Positions 9,096 through 19,467 of a DNA stretch of 64,000 nt are shown here, in pieces (within the stretch, counting starts at the first letter, position 1; each line of letters opens with the position of its first letter). Source of the stretch: Candidatus Altimarinota bacterium (GTDB lineage Bacteria; Patescibacteriota; Gracilibacteria; JBDHUY01); assembly GCA_039809385.1 (NCBI GenBank), contig JBDHUY010000001.1, positions 64,001-128,000 on the forward strand, written 5' to 3'. The notes under the pieces are model-generated. The model saw only the letters and a program-made list of their open reading frames with translations. It was not told the origin of the DNA and did no database searches. The position numbers and the translations under genes were made by a program.

Positions 9096-10914
9096 CTAGT
9101 ACATCGTTTTCAAATAACAGCCTTCGCAGTATACCTTTTCGGAGCGGGACGGAGCATAGGTTGTTTCAAAAGAAACGGAACACCTTTCCGTATGCTGTTG
9201 GTGCTGCGGATCGGTGCAATCGCACTGGCGCGGCCATAACGTACGCGGATTGCGTAAAAGCATGCGATCCCGGTGGCGCTGATCATGATGCTTGCGGGGG
9301 ATGGGCAACCGGTTCTCTCGATAAAATCTGAGTTCGGGTTTGATGATTTTAAATAGTTTTCCACTCACCTCGCAGGTAAGAGCCCAATTCACGATCTCGT
9401 CGGGAATATCGTCAATATTGTCGGGCAATTTTTTCATCTGTTCGGCGGTAATGGCCTTTTCCATAACTGGCAGAGGCGCTTCGTACTCCGACCAGTTGAA
9501 GGGACCGTGTAGAGACGCCCGGCCATGGCGGGGCGTCTCTACGGGATCGACAGATTGAGGTTTTGCTATACCCAAGGCCTCTTCCCGGGTTAACGGAAAA
9601 TATTCCTGCGCTACGGTTTCATTATATCCGTAGGGAGAATAGACATTGGGAAAGAATTGCCCCCATTCCGGCAGTTGCGCATCCGAAGAAGGCCTCTGCA
9701 TGAGTTCGATCAATTTTGGTACCAGCTCTTCGTACTGTTCTTTCGTATATTGTTTGTTAAAAATGCAGTACTGTTTGTTTTTGAGTCCCACGCACGCAAA
9801 ACAATTCGTACAATTCATGCAATGATCCACGTAATAGGAATATTTACAGCCATAACTGATCAGCGTAAAAGCCGAATGGTAGGCTTGTTCTCCCCCGCTG
9901 ACCACTTCGTAGCACAGCTCCATGTTTCCCCAGGCAAAGACCTCCTGACAATCCTTGCTTTGAGCAAACCAGGTACAGTTTTTGCTGTCCTGTACGTCAT
10001 ACGTATCGAAACAGTTTTTACAATTTTTGGTATTCCATAAAAAATCGCCGCTGCTCTCTTCGTTCTTCTCCCCGCTAACGAATTTGCGCGGATATCCGGC
10101 TTTCAAACTCTCGAATCGACGGCGCATAGCCTGAATCTTTTCGTAGGAGCCGGTAAAAAGTCCGGCTTTTACTTTGAGAAATTCTTCTTTGCTCAGCTGT
10201 TTATTCAAAAAACAATATTGCTTCTGACGCAACCCCACGCAAGCGATCGAGTCCGAGACCGAGCGGCAATCGTATAAAAAAGCGCTGTCCCGGCACAGCT
10301 GAGAGCCTTGGGAAAAGAAGAGGTTGTAGCACTGATCGATATCGACACACTCATAGCAGCCGTTCGACTTGAGACAAAAGAAGCAGTCCATACAGCCGTA
10401 CGATTCGTTGGTATAGGCGCTGTAGGAACAGTTCTCGTCATTGATCGCGCCAAAGACCAGATAACAGTTTTTCATATTGCCAGCGCAGTTAACATACACC
10501 GAGTTTTCCAGAGTATCGTCGGAGAAATTGGCAGTATGAGTACGGGGAACCACTTTTTGCAGATCGTACATCTGGTCGAATATCCCCTTATTCCACTCAA
10601 TCCCGCGACCATATACGATCGCGTCGAAATCGTCTTTCCACCATTCGGCATTGGCATAGACCAGGAAACGGGTACCGGGTGGAAACATGCTCACCAGGTC
10701 CTGACCGGTTTTATCGCATTTGCGCGAGTAAATCGTCCGTTCGTTGCGGAACGCGTAGCGTTTTTGCTGGCGACATTGCATGCACAAAGACGGCGGCGGA
10801 ATAGTATAAGGTTTTTCCCTGAAAAACGGGCGATACTTTCTGATAAAAAGCCAGATCTTCGTCCTCCACGAGGAAGACAGAATGACAGACGGCACAATTT
10901 TTGGAGAAAGACAT
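9096..10914 (-). pseudogene. Cys-rich Zn-ribbon/repeat protein of a CPR-common type, split by a +1 frameshift near 10812
   Basis: N-terminus MSFSKNCAVCHSVFLVEDEDLAFYQKVSPVFQGK (frame of ORF 10711-11010) joins YTIPPPSLCMQCRQQKRYAFRNER (frame of ORF 9096-10895). Confidence 0.75.
9509..9542. repeat. GTAG-type REP-like palindrome inside the CDS
   Basis: GTAGAGACGCCC-ggccatggcg-GGGCGTCTCTAC, perfect 12-bp stem. Confidence 0.75.
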
Positions 10915-10920
10915 ATTTAT

Positions 10921-11011
10921 AAAATGAAAAGTTAAAAGTGCAAAATCTAAGAGTGAGGGACATACTGCCATGTTTCGGCAACTTTGAACTTTACACTTTG
11001 CATTTTGCACT
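10921..11011. repeat. inverted pair of degenerate 7-mer tandem arrays
   Basis: aaaatgaaaagttaaaagtgcaaaat ... actttgaactttacactttgcattttgcact. Confidence 0.6.
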
Positions 11012-11139
11012 CTTCTACCAACCAGAATGACACCCTCTCAAGAGATTGTCTATAAACTTTAGAAAGTAAAATAAATAGACTCTTTTTTTTCTTTTATTTA
11101 TAATGAAAGAAGCTGCCGTTATTTTTCCGACAACATACT

Positions 11140-11916
11140 ATGCTTGAACACCTTCTATCGCGACTGGGGTTGGGAATGAAAGAAATACAGGTCTATCTTT
11201 GCATCGTGGAACACGGCAAGATCAGCCATGCCGACATCGGCAAGGCCACGGGAATCAAACGCAGTACGGTTTACGGCCTGGCCGATACTCTGAGAGCTCG
11301 TGGACTGGTGGAGATCGATCAAGGCAACACGCCAGCTTATCTATTTCCTCTGCCGTTCCGGCAGCTTCAGGAAATCGTGAAGAAAGAAGAAGAGCAGCTA
11401 AAAAACAAGAAACTGGTGATCGAGGAAATCGGTAAAACATTGGATACAATGCAGAAAAACAAAAATTATTCGGTGCCGAAAATGCGGTTTATCGACGAGA
11501 AACATTTTCGGGATTTTCTCTTTAACGAAGGAGAGAAATGGCTGACAAATCATGATCCCGAGGGGAAGCACTGGTGGGGTTTTCAGGATCACAGTTTCGT
11601 GGAACACTACGAAGACTGGATCGAATGGACATGGACCGTGATGGATTCCGATACGAAAGCCTATTTGTTTAGTAATGCGTCGAGTATAGAAAAACGTTTG
11701 AAAAAAAAGTACTACGCGTCGCGTCGCAATATATTTTTCTGGCAAAAAAAGACCGACTTTACCGGTTCGCTGTGGGCGATCGGCGACGATATTGCCCTGG
11801 TCATGACTCGGCAACGACCGCATTATATGGTAGTGATCCACGACGAAGTCCTGGCCCATAACGTACGCGAGTTTTTCAAAAACGTCTGGCGCGAGATTGT
11901 CGGCGAAACGGTTTAG
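11140..11916 (+). CDS. TrmB-family transcriptional regulator
   Basis: N-terminal wHTH LGLGMKEIQVY...GIKRSTVY...RGLV plus a C-terminal effector-like domain. Confidence 0.85.
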   Translation: MLEHLLSRLGLGMKEIQVYLCIVEHGKISHADIGKATGIKRSTVYGLADTLRARGLVEIDQGNTPAYLFPLPFRQLQEIVKKEEEQLKNKKLVIEEIGKTLDTMQKNKNYSVPKMRFIDEKHFRDFLFNEGEKWLTNHDPEGKHWWGFQDHSFVEHYEDWIEWTWTVMDSDTKAYLFSNASSIEKRLKKKYYASRRNIFFWQKKTDFTGSLWAIGDDIALVMTRQRPHYMVVIHDEVLAHNVREFFKNVWREIVGETV

Positions 11917-12116
11917 AGAGTGTCTGAAAAGTCTTCAAGCGGCTGAGTTTGTCATCCGCCGCGGCAGATCCGGGTACATTGGTACAATGGTGAACGAGAG
12001 TAATGTTCGCTATATGGGTTACCGGAGAAATGTGACCGTTTCTTCTTGTATCTAGTTACCGTAAAGAGTCTTAGATGATGGACGGGGCATCGATATACAC
12101 TTTTCAGAGGTCTCTC
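11915..12116. mobile_element. possible MITE remnant with imperfect terminal inverted repeats
   Basis: agagagtgTCTGAAAAGT ... ACTTTTCAGAggtctctc; internal tgtcatccgccgcggcaga palindrome; no ORF. Confidence 0.4.
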
Positions 12117-12127
12117 AGAGAGAGGCT

Positions 12128-12601
12128 TTATAAATCAGAAGCAGGCTTGTTTTCCGATTTATTCTTTTCAGCCTCTTCGGCCAGTTCGATATAGATCATC
12201 GGATAGGTTTTTTCTTTGGGATTGTCGGGAGACAAAACCAGCTGTTTGGATTGTTCGTATAAGTGGGGATAGGCGCCCCCAATGTTCGAGTATTCTTTCA
12301 GAAAAAATTCCTGATTTGCAAGAAGTGCTAAATAGCGTTGTAAATATGCAGTATGGCGTTGTAAAAGAACAGAGAATTGATCATTATTTTTCATTATCTG
12401 AGCATCTTCAGTACTCGATCCATAGGCATTATGCAAAGAAGTCATGAAATGACCAGCGATATCCTGAAAAGTAGAACCGGTGCAACAGTATGTTTTCATT
12501 CCGCGATACCAGGAAAGAAAAACAGCATACCATGCTCTCATGGCTTTATCGTATTCTTGCTCGTCCGAATTTGACTGCAGTCCATCCGGATTTAGTACCA
12601 T
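12128..12601 (-). CDS. hypothetical protein
   Basis: 157-aa ORF, no motif recognised. Confidence 0.55.
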   Translation of the reverse strand: MVLNPDGLQSNSDEQEYDKAMRAWYAVFLSWYRGMKTYCCTGSTFQDIAGHFMTSLHNAYGSSTEDAQIMKNNDQFSVLLQRHTAYLQRYLALLANQEFFLKEYSNIGGAYPHLYEQSKQLVLSPDNPKEKTYPMIYIELAEEAEKNKSENKPASDL

Positions 12602-12723
12602 AAAGTTGCTATTTTCAATATTGGCACCATCCTACTCTTACTCGCAAAAAAGAAAAGAGAAAACAACAAAAATAAGTGACAGTATTTGCTATCAATTTCA
12701 AATAAGACAGTACATTTTTGTAT

Positions 12724-12757
12724 TAAAAGAACTCCGAGATACCTTGGAGTTCTTTTA
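12724..12757 (-). terminator. intrinsic (bidirectional-looking) terminator after the MBL gene
   Basis: taaaagaactccgag-atac-cttggagttctttta. Confidence 0.7.
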
Positions 12758-12776
12758 CATGAAATGAAACTATACA

Positions 12777-14174
12777 TTATAATTCAAAACTCTCCCCTCT
12801 CATCGGCATATACACATCCGCGATCCCCAGTTCTTTTTCGATCGAAGCTTTGAGCGGTTCCATCTGGGAGGGTTCGCCGTGGACCAGAAAGACTTTCTTA
12901 ACCCCTTGAACGTGCGACAGCCATTCCAAAATATCGTCTTTGTCGGCATGCGCGCTAAACGAATTCAATACCCGCACTTCGGCTTTCACTTCGTGTTCTA
13001 CCCGAAAAATGCGAACCCGTTGCGCTTTTTCGACCAAATGACGCCCCAGTGTGCCTTCGGCCTGGTAGCCGATGATCAAAATGATATTCCGGGGATCTTC
13101 GATATTATTGGCAATGTGGTGACGGATCCGTCCCGCCTCGCACATACCCGATGACGAGATAATGATGCACGTCCCCTCGCGGCCGTTCAGTCCTTTGGAT
13201 TCATCCGTCGAAGTAACAAATTTGAGCCGTCCGAAACCGAACGGATTATCCTGATGCTGCAGGAAGGTCAGGAACGTTTCCTGATCGTAACTTTCGGGAT
13301 GCATCTTAAATACCTGCGTAATATTCATCGACAGGGGACTATCCACAAAAATCGGAATATCCGGAATTCTGTTTTGATCCCGCAGCGTATGCAGAAGATA
13401 AATGACCTCTTGCGTACGTTCAAGTGAAAACGCCGGAATAATAATCTTACCTTGACGGGCAAAAGCATCATTGACCGCTTTTTCAACATCGGTCATCATG
13501 TTGGGAACCGGGTCGTGGCGACGGTTGCCGTACGTACTCTCGATGATAACGTAATCGGCCTTGTCGATATACGTCGGATCGCGCAGGATCGGCAGATTTT
13601 TGCGTCCCAGATCCCCGGTAAAGAGCAGTTGCCGGTTGGTTCCGTTTTCGTGTACATAGAGAGAAACGATCGCCGATCCCAGGACATGCCCGGCATCGAA
13701 AAAATCGACCGTCACCTGATCGTCGATATGGTGCGGATGGCGATAATTGTAAGAAACGAACCGGTCCATTGTGGCGGGAATATCGTTGACTGTATAGAGC
13801 GGCTCGCCAAACTGTTTTTCCTCCTCGATATCGTGACGACCGGCGTATGTGAAATCGAGTTCCTGAATATGGGCGCTATCCATGAGCATAGCGCTGCACA
13901 GATCGCGGGTAGCCGCCGTCGCATGGATCTCGCCCGCAAAACCGTTTTTGACAAAATAGGGCAGTAATCCGGTATGGTCGATATGCGCGTGCGAGACAAT
14001 AATCTCTTTTATCTGATTGGGAGGAATTAGAAATTCGCGGTTTTTACGTTCAAGCTCGGGACTCTTGTGTCCCTGTCCCAGACCGCAATCGAGCAAATAA
14101 TTCGTACCGCCAACCGTAACAACGTGTTTTGACCCTGTTACTTCCTGCGCCGCCCCCCAGAAGGTAAGTTTCAT
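12777..14174 (-). CDS. beta-CASP metallo-beta-lactamase ribonuclease
   Basis: GAAQEVTGS, SHAHIDH, AGHVLGS, ESTYG, FSAHAD, VHGE. Confidence 0.93.
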   Translation of the reverse strand: MKLTFWGAAQEVTGSKHVVTVGGTNYLLDCGLGQGHKSPELERKNREFLIPPNQIKEIIVSHAHIDHTGLLPYFVKNGFAGEIHATAATRDLCSAMLMDSAHIQELDFTYAGRHDIEEEKQFGEPLYTVNDIPATMDRFVSYNYRHPHHIDDQVTVDFFDAGHVLGSAIVSLYVHENGTNRQLLFTGDLGRKNLPILRDPTYIDKADYVIIESTYGNRRHDPVPNMMTDVEKAVNDAFARQGKIIIPAFSLERTQEVIYLLHTLRDQNRIPDIPIFVDSPLSMNITQVFKMHPESYDQETFLTFLQHQDNPFGFGRLKFVTSTDESKGLNGREGTCIIISSSGMCEAGRIRHHIANNIEDPRNIILIIGYQAEGTLGRHLVEKAQRVRIFRVEHEVKAEVRVLNSFSAHADKDDILEWLSHVQGVKKVFLVHGEPSQMEPLKASIEKELGIADVYMPMRGESFEL

Positions 14175-14298
14175 AGAAGAATTGGATATCTTATATAGTA
14201 TTGTATAAAAAAATTTAATCAGATTAGTATATCATACTCGAAACAAAAATCCTATACTTGCCATTGTCGTAAAGAAAAAATACTATACTACAATCTTT

Positions 14299-14973
14299 TT
14301 GAATCATACCATGATACCGGAAATTCCTCGAGATAACGCGCTTGGTTCTTCTCTGAAGCCTGCAGCTACGCTTAAAGCTACCGCAGGTCAAATTCTCTAC
14401 GCCAAACAGCTCTTATCGGATATCGAACGTTTTTTTCAGGATATTGCACAATCCATCTACGTACTGTTGGCCGAAAAAACTGAAAAAAATATGCCAAGCC
14501 GGGAGGTTCTCCATACGATTATCCAAGAGCTACAGTACATCAGAAAGGAGGCCGAGATTTGTCTGAGATTTCCGGAAGGCACAAAATTGGTGGTTGATCA
14601 GAAGATTATACAAATAAAAAAGAGACTTTCAAAAAATAAGGTATTGGTAAGACTACTAAATGATGAAGATCGGGTGTATCAAGAACGCACATATACCTAC
14701 TGGTACCTCATGCAATTTTCCGTCCCGTATTTTCCTCCGTCGAAATCGAAAGATGCTGCCTTGGCAGATGAAGATTGGCTTTTTTGCATACTGACAGTCG
14801 GAACCAGGATTATTTGGAAAAACCGCGGCTGGAGGATCCTCAGCATCTCGGGAGAGGCGCAAACAGCCAAAATTATGCTGGAAGACACGAGAGCATATAA
14901 AGGAAACAACAACATGGAAATTTCATTCAGAGAATTGAAGCATAACGCGACATTATCGAAAAGACAGGGATAA
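14299..14973 (+). CDS. hypothetical protein (start likely 14311)
   Basis: ORF fills the space; no motif recognised. Confidence 0.6.
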   Translation: MNHTMIPEIPRDNALGSSLKPAATLKATAGQILYAKQLLSDIERFFQDIAQSIYVLLAEKTEKNMPSREVLHTIIQELQYIRKEAEICLRFPEGTKLVVDQKIIQIKKRLSKNKVLVRLLNDEDRVYQERTYTYWYLMQFSVPYFPPSKSKDAALADEDWLFCILTVGTRIIWKNRGWRILSISGEAQTAKIMLEDTRAYKGNNNMEISFRELKHNATLSKRQG

Positions 14974-15094
14974 AAATATATTTTTCTACATTTCTTGATT
15001 TTTTCAAGAAAAGGCTCTTTCCCAAGTGATGTATTTTTGGTATACTTCTTTGATTATCAGGAGAAATATACCCGTAAAAACAAACACCACCGCC

Positions 15095-17755
15095 ATGCGT
15101 CGCCTCATTCAAAAAATAACGATTTTTGGCTTCATATTACAGATATTGGCAGTTTCTATCGGCCCGACAACCGCTCATGCTCTGGACCAGATCCTGGCCA
15201 GTTGCCTGGACAGCGTAGCCGGTTACAGCACGCTCTGCAAAACTTCGATCACCGCGCCCAATACCGAAGTTACATTCAAAGTTACTAAACCCGACGGCAG
15301 TGTACTGCGTTTTCCAGGGATAACCGATGTAGAAGGGGTAGCCAAAACTGATCTAAACTACTTTCATACGAAGACCGCCGGAACATACAAAGTAGGTGCC
15401 TATTTTGCCGGGTACGACGAGCCCGAAGATCTGGAAGAAAGCAGTTTCCGAATTTTCCCAGATACAGTTTCGCCCTCCGCTTCTACCGTTTCAGGCGATA
15501 AACTGACTGCCACCGCTAACAACAGAGACACTATTTATATAAGCGTCCTGCTCAAAGACCAGTACGGGAATCCGATCAAAGATCACAGTGTAGACCTGAT
15601 TTCGAGCCGTCTCGAAGATACCATCGCCCCCGTGGCCACCAGCCTCACCGATGCCGACGGCAAAGTAAGTTTTAAAGTGACCAGCAAGAGCGCGGGCGTT
15701 TCGACTTATATCGCCAAAGACACTACCGTAAGCGGAGTAACTGTACAAGAGCGGGTCAAGATTTCATGGCACGCCGCTACCTCAAGTGCTCCTTCTGTCA
15801 CGACAACTTCAACGTCCAGCAATTTCTTGAAGGCCGATCTGTTGGGAACTCCCGCGGCGTTCGGGGGGCCGGCTTCGACGTTTAACATTACCGTACCCGA
15901 CAAAGTACAGATAAACAGTCCCTTTGACGTGACCGTCCAGGTTTTGGACAGCACCGGCAGTCCGGCTCTGGCCTACCGGGGTACGGTTTTTTTCTCTTCA
16001 CCGACCGACGCCAATGCCGATCTGCCGCTCCCGAACGAAGGCTATGCCTTCAAAGGAACCGACGAGAACGCCTCGCATACCTTTGCCAAAGCCGTCACGT
16101 TCAAACAGAGCGGAACCCAGCGTCTGGTTGTTACGGATGTCGATAATCCTCAACTGGAATCAGAGAAGTTTATAACCGTCGTTAACCAGCTGGACAATAG
16201 TGGTTCGGGAAATAGTAACGGCAATAAAAGTATTACGCTCGTATCGCCTTCGGACGGGAGTACGTACGGCGAAGGGAAAATCGAAATTATCGGCAAAATA
16301 AAGCCCGCCACGATCACTACCTTCAAGGTCTATGACGGACAGGTAGAATTGGGCGAAGACGAAACGGACGAGGAAGGGAATTTTACGTTTGAGGCCAAAG
16401 GATTGTCCGACGGCAAACACAGCTTTAAAGTGGCCGCATTCGACAGCTCCGAGGTAAAGACCGCCGAATCGCCCGAAGTAATCGTGTTCGTCGATACAAA
16501 ATCGGCTATCTTACAAGAATTGGAGTTCGATCCGGCCAATACTATACAGGCCAAATCCGCCGTCAAAGTCCGGCTGGTTTCCGAACCCAAGCTGCGGACC
16601 GTCAGGGTCATCGTGGATGGAGTAGCCAGCGATCTAACCGAAGAGATCAATACGCCCGGGACCTATACCGGCACGATTACGGCCCCGGCCAAAGAAGGAG
16701 AATATCCGGTAAAGGTTTCACTCATCAACGGCTTTGATAAAGAATCTACTCCCAGCACGAACAAAAAACTGGTTATTACCAAAGGAGCAGCTTCGGCAGA
16801 TCTGCGGATCACAAATTTGAAAGCAACGGCAGGATCCAAAGACAACAGTGTGGATCTAACCTGGGACATAAGCGATACCAGCCAGGTCAAAGGCTATACG
16901 ATCGCTTACGATACTAACCCGATCACACTCTCCAAACAGGTAAGTTCGGGCGATACAAGCCCCAAATATAGCGTGGAGAATCTCGAAGCCGGAAAAACCT
17001 ATTATTTTGCGGTTTCCGCAATCGATCAAAACAATGCTGCCGGTCCGCAGAGCGACATTATACCGGGCAGCGTGAAAGCCGCTGCAACCAGCATCGAGAA
17101 CCTGAAGGGTCAGAGCGGCGACGGAAAAGTAACGTTTACCTGGGATAAGGTTAACAATGCAGCCGTAGTCAAATACCGCTTCCAGTACGGACTGCGCAGC
17201 GGCGAATATCTGGAAAGCGTCGTCACCAGGGATAATCAAACCAATTGGTATATTCCGGATCTGATCAACGGCGTAGCGTATTATTTTAAACTCGAAGCAC
17301 TCGACGCCAATAATCAAGTCGTGCTTGCTTCCGAGGAAATAAGCGCGATTCCGGGAAACGGAGATACGCGGCCGTCGGCGCCGACTTGCAGTCCCGCAGA
17401 CGTGGGGAATTTACGCATCCTGACTCGGGGCAAGGAAAGAATTCTAGCTTGGGATAGCCAAGCAAGCGTGACGAATTATCGGGTTTACTCGGGAACGCAG
17501 GAAGAAGTCTTTAATCTGCCGACCCGGGATGTTCAGGAGCCGTTTTTCGTGATCCCGTTTCTGGACAAAAGCGTTCCGAATTACTATTTTGCGGTAAAAG
17601 CGCTCTGCAACACCGGTACCGAGCTTCACGAAAGCGCCAATTTCAGCAATATTCTCAAAGTCCAGAGCGGGCCTGAAGTATGGCTGATTCTGGCACTGTC
17701 GGGAGTAGGCGTGATCCTGTTACGTCGTTTGCGCAAAAAACGCTCCGAGACGTAA
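15095..17755 (+). CDS. large surface protein with Ig-like/invasin and fibronectin-III repeats and a C-terminal anchor
   Basis: Signal peptide; LKDQYGNPI (Big_1-like); LEAGKTYYFAVSAID and LINGVAYYFKLEA (fn3); SGPE followed by TM and basic tail. Confidence 0.85.
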   Translation: MRRLIQKITIFGFILQILAVSIGPTTAHALDQILASCLDSVAGYSTLCKTSITAPNTEVTFKVTKPDGSVLRFPGITDVEGVAKTDLNYFHTKTAGTYKVGAYFAGYDEPEDLEESSFRIFPDTVSPSASTVSGDKLTATANNRDTIYISVLLKDQYGNPIKDHSVDLISSRLEDTIAPVATSLTDADGKVSFKVTSKSAGVSTYIAKDTTVSGVTVQERVKISWHAATSSAPSVTTTSTSSNFLKADLLGTPAAFGGPASTFNITVPDKVQINSPFDVTVQVLDSTGSPALAYRGTVFFSSPTDANADLPLPNEGYAFKGTDENASHTFAKAVTFKQSGTQRLVVTDVDNPQLESEKFITVVNQLDNSGSGNSNGNKSITLVSPSDGSTYGEGKIEIIGKIKPATITTFKVYDGQVELGEDETDEEGNFTFEAKGLSDGKHSFKVAAFDSSEVKTAESPEVIVFVDTKSAILQELEFDPANTIQAKSAVKVRLVSEPKLRTVRVIVDGVASDLTEEINTPGTYTGTITAPAKEGEYPVKVSLINGFDKESTPSTNKKLVITKGAASADLRITNLKATAGSKDNSVDLTWDISDTSQVKGYTIAYDTNPITLSKQVSSGDTSPKYSVENLEAGKTYYFAVSAIDQNNAAGPQSDIIPGSVKAAATSIENLKGQSGDGKVTFTWDKVNNAAVVKYRFQYGLRSGEYLESVVTRDNQTNWYIPDLINGVAYYFKLEALDANNQVVLASEEISAIPGNGDTRPSAPTCSPADVGNLRILTRGKERILAWDSQASVTNYRVYSGTQEEVFNLPTRDVQEPFFVIPFLDKSVPNYYFAVKALCNTGTELHESANFSNILKVQSGPEVWLILALSGVGVILLRRLRKKRSET

Positions 17756-18159
17756 GATACTCATGGATATTCTATAGAAAAGATCGATCGTGCTTTTGTT
17801 TGTTTTTGCGCAATGGGGCAAGGGAGTCGGCTTTGCCAACTTATTGTGATCGTTTTATCGATTGCCCGGTACGCTATGACGATAAAAAAAGACCATCATA
17901 ATTGCCAAAACGACATTTACGACGTCAAGGAAGCATAAAATATGTCTTAGATATCTGTCTGTTCAAAAGTAAGATGTATGACAATATTCATTGTCATATT
18001 CTATTCAAGCGAAATCGATAAAAATAACCATGGGAAGAATATGTTTAAAGAATGGTTTTATAACAATAACAGCAATGCGTTGACTTAAAGAAAGTTTTTT
18101 TGATCTACTTGACTTTTATTCTCAAAGCGGTAGAATGCCAAGTGCATTTTTGCATTTTT

Positions 18160-19398
18160 ATGGATTACTCGGAGCCTCCCCCGGGGGGCGATACCAAACG
18201 GTCGGCGGGATTAAAACGGTCTTATCTGAAAAACGAGCTTTACCGCAAGTTTAGAGATAAATCTCTGCATGTCGGAATCTTAGGGAATATTTATTCTCCA
18301 TCTTCCACCACACTGGTAGAAGGGGATTTAAGCAGTACTACCGAACGGATCAGTCAGACACTCGAAGGGCTGGGATTCAAGACGACCATCTTTGACATGA
18401 ATCGCCGCAACGAAGCGATTCTACAGCTGATGGAAAAACCGGTGGATATCGTATTTAACGTGTGCGAACGTATCAATAACAACAGTTTGCTCGAACCGCA
18501 CAGCGCGGCCCTGCTGGATATTTTGCAAATCCCCTATACCGGCTCCAATCCGCAAACACTGGCCCTGTCGATCGATAAGATCCGGGTTAAGAAATTGCTT
18601 TCATATCATGGCGTTCCGACGCCGGCGTACGATTATTTCTACTCGATGGACGACAAGTTCGAAGTGGAGTTAAAATTTCCGATGATCGTCAAACCGGCCA
18701 ATACCGACAACAGTATCGGTATTACCAACGATTCGGTAGTACGGAATAAAAAGGAGTTGAAAAAACAGATGGAAAAAGTAATTCTGGATTTGAAACGTCC
18801 GGCGCTGGTAGAAGAGTATATCGAAGGGGACGAGATCGATATCTCGATTCTGGGAAACGAAGAGAATCTTACGGTGTTGCCATTGTCGCGTTCCTCGTTT
18901 GATCGTTTGCCTGCAGGGTTGTGGCATATCTTTCCCTTCGAAGCCAAATGGGGAGAAAATACCGACGAGGTGTATCATGGCGATTATGACAAGATCGATG
19001 TAGAGCGTCCGGCCAAACTACCGCAAAAACTGACCGACTATATCAAAAAAGTAGCGGTGCATACGTACAATATTCTGGACTGTCACGACTATGGCCGGAT
19101 CGAGGCCCGTCTGGACAAGGACGGCAATCCGTATATTCTCGAGCTGAACCCGAATCCGTCGATCAATTACGGCTATGCGGTACCAAGTTGCGCCGAACTT
19201 ATGGGAATGAATTACGAACAATTTCTATCGCGGATTCTGGAGCTGGCGATTATCCGCTATATCACCAATCCGCCGTACTACCATCTGCAGGTACCCGATC
19301 CGGGTATCCGCCGCAAAGAAAATCTGATCGAAATGCTGCGCCTGCGTTTTCCGTCGCTGCCCAAGATGCAGCTGAATCAGATGATGAAGCTGGTGTAA
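18160..19398 (+). CDS. D-Ala-D-Ala ligase-like ATP-grasp protein
   Basis: IPYTGS, DKIRVK, PMIVKP, NSIGI, LVEEYIEG, LELNPNP; upstream TTGACT-N16-TAGAAT. Confidence 0.85.
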   Translation: MDYSEPPPGGDTKRSAGLKRSYLKNELYRKFRDKSLHVGILGNIYSPSSTTLVEGDLSSTTERISQTLEGLGFKTTIFDMNRRNEAILQLMEKPVDIVFNVCERINNNSLLEPHSAALLDILQIPYTGSNPQTLALSIDKIRVKKLLSYHGVPTPAYDYFYSMDDKFEVELKFPMIVKPANTDNSIGITNDSVVRNKKELKKQMEKVILDLKRPALVEEYIEGDEIDISILGNEENLTVLPLSRSSFDRLPAGLWHIFPFEAKWGENTDEVYHGDYDKIDVERPAKLPQKLTDYIKKVAVHTYNILDCHDYGRIEARLDKDGNPYILELNPNPSINYGYAVPSCAELMGMNYEQFLSRILELAIIRYITNPPYYHLQVPDPGIRRKENLIEMLRLRFPSLPKMQLNQMMKLV

Positions 19399-19467
19399 GT
19401 AATTTACACGCCCCCTCAACCGCTGTACAATAGCAACAACTTTAGTTGTTATTGTTTTCTTTTTTCT

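Noticed and set aside
10812-10819. Programmed -1 frameshift at G GGA AAA
   Set aside because: The productive shift is +1; the -1 frame gives unrelated sequence
12592-12777. 61-aa ORF after the MBL gene
   Set aside because: It runs through a terminator hairpin and AT-rich promoter-like DNA
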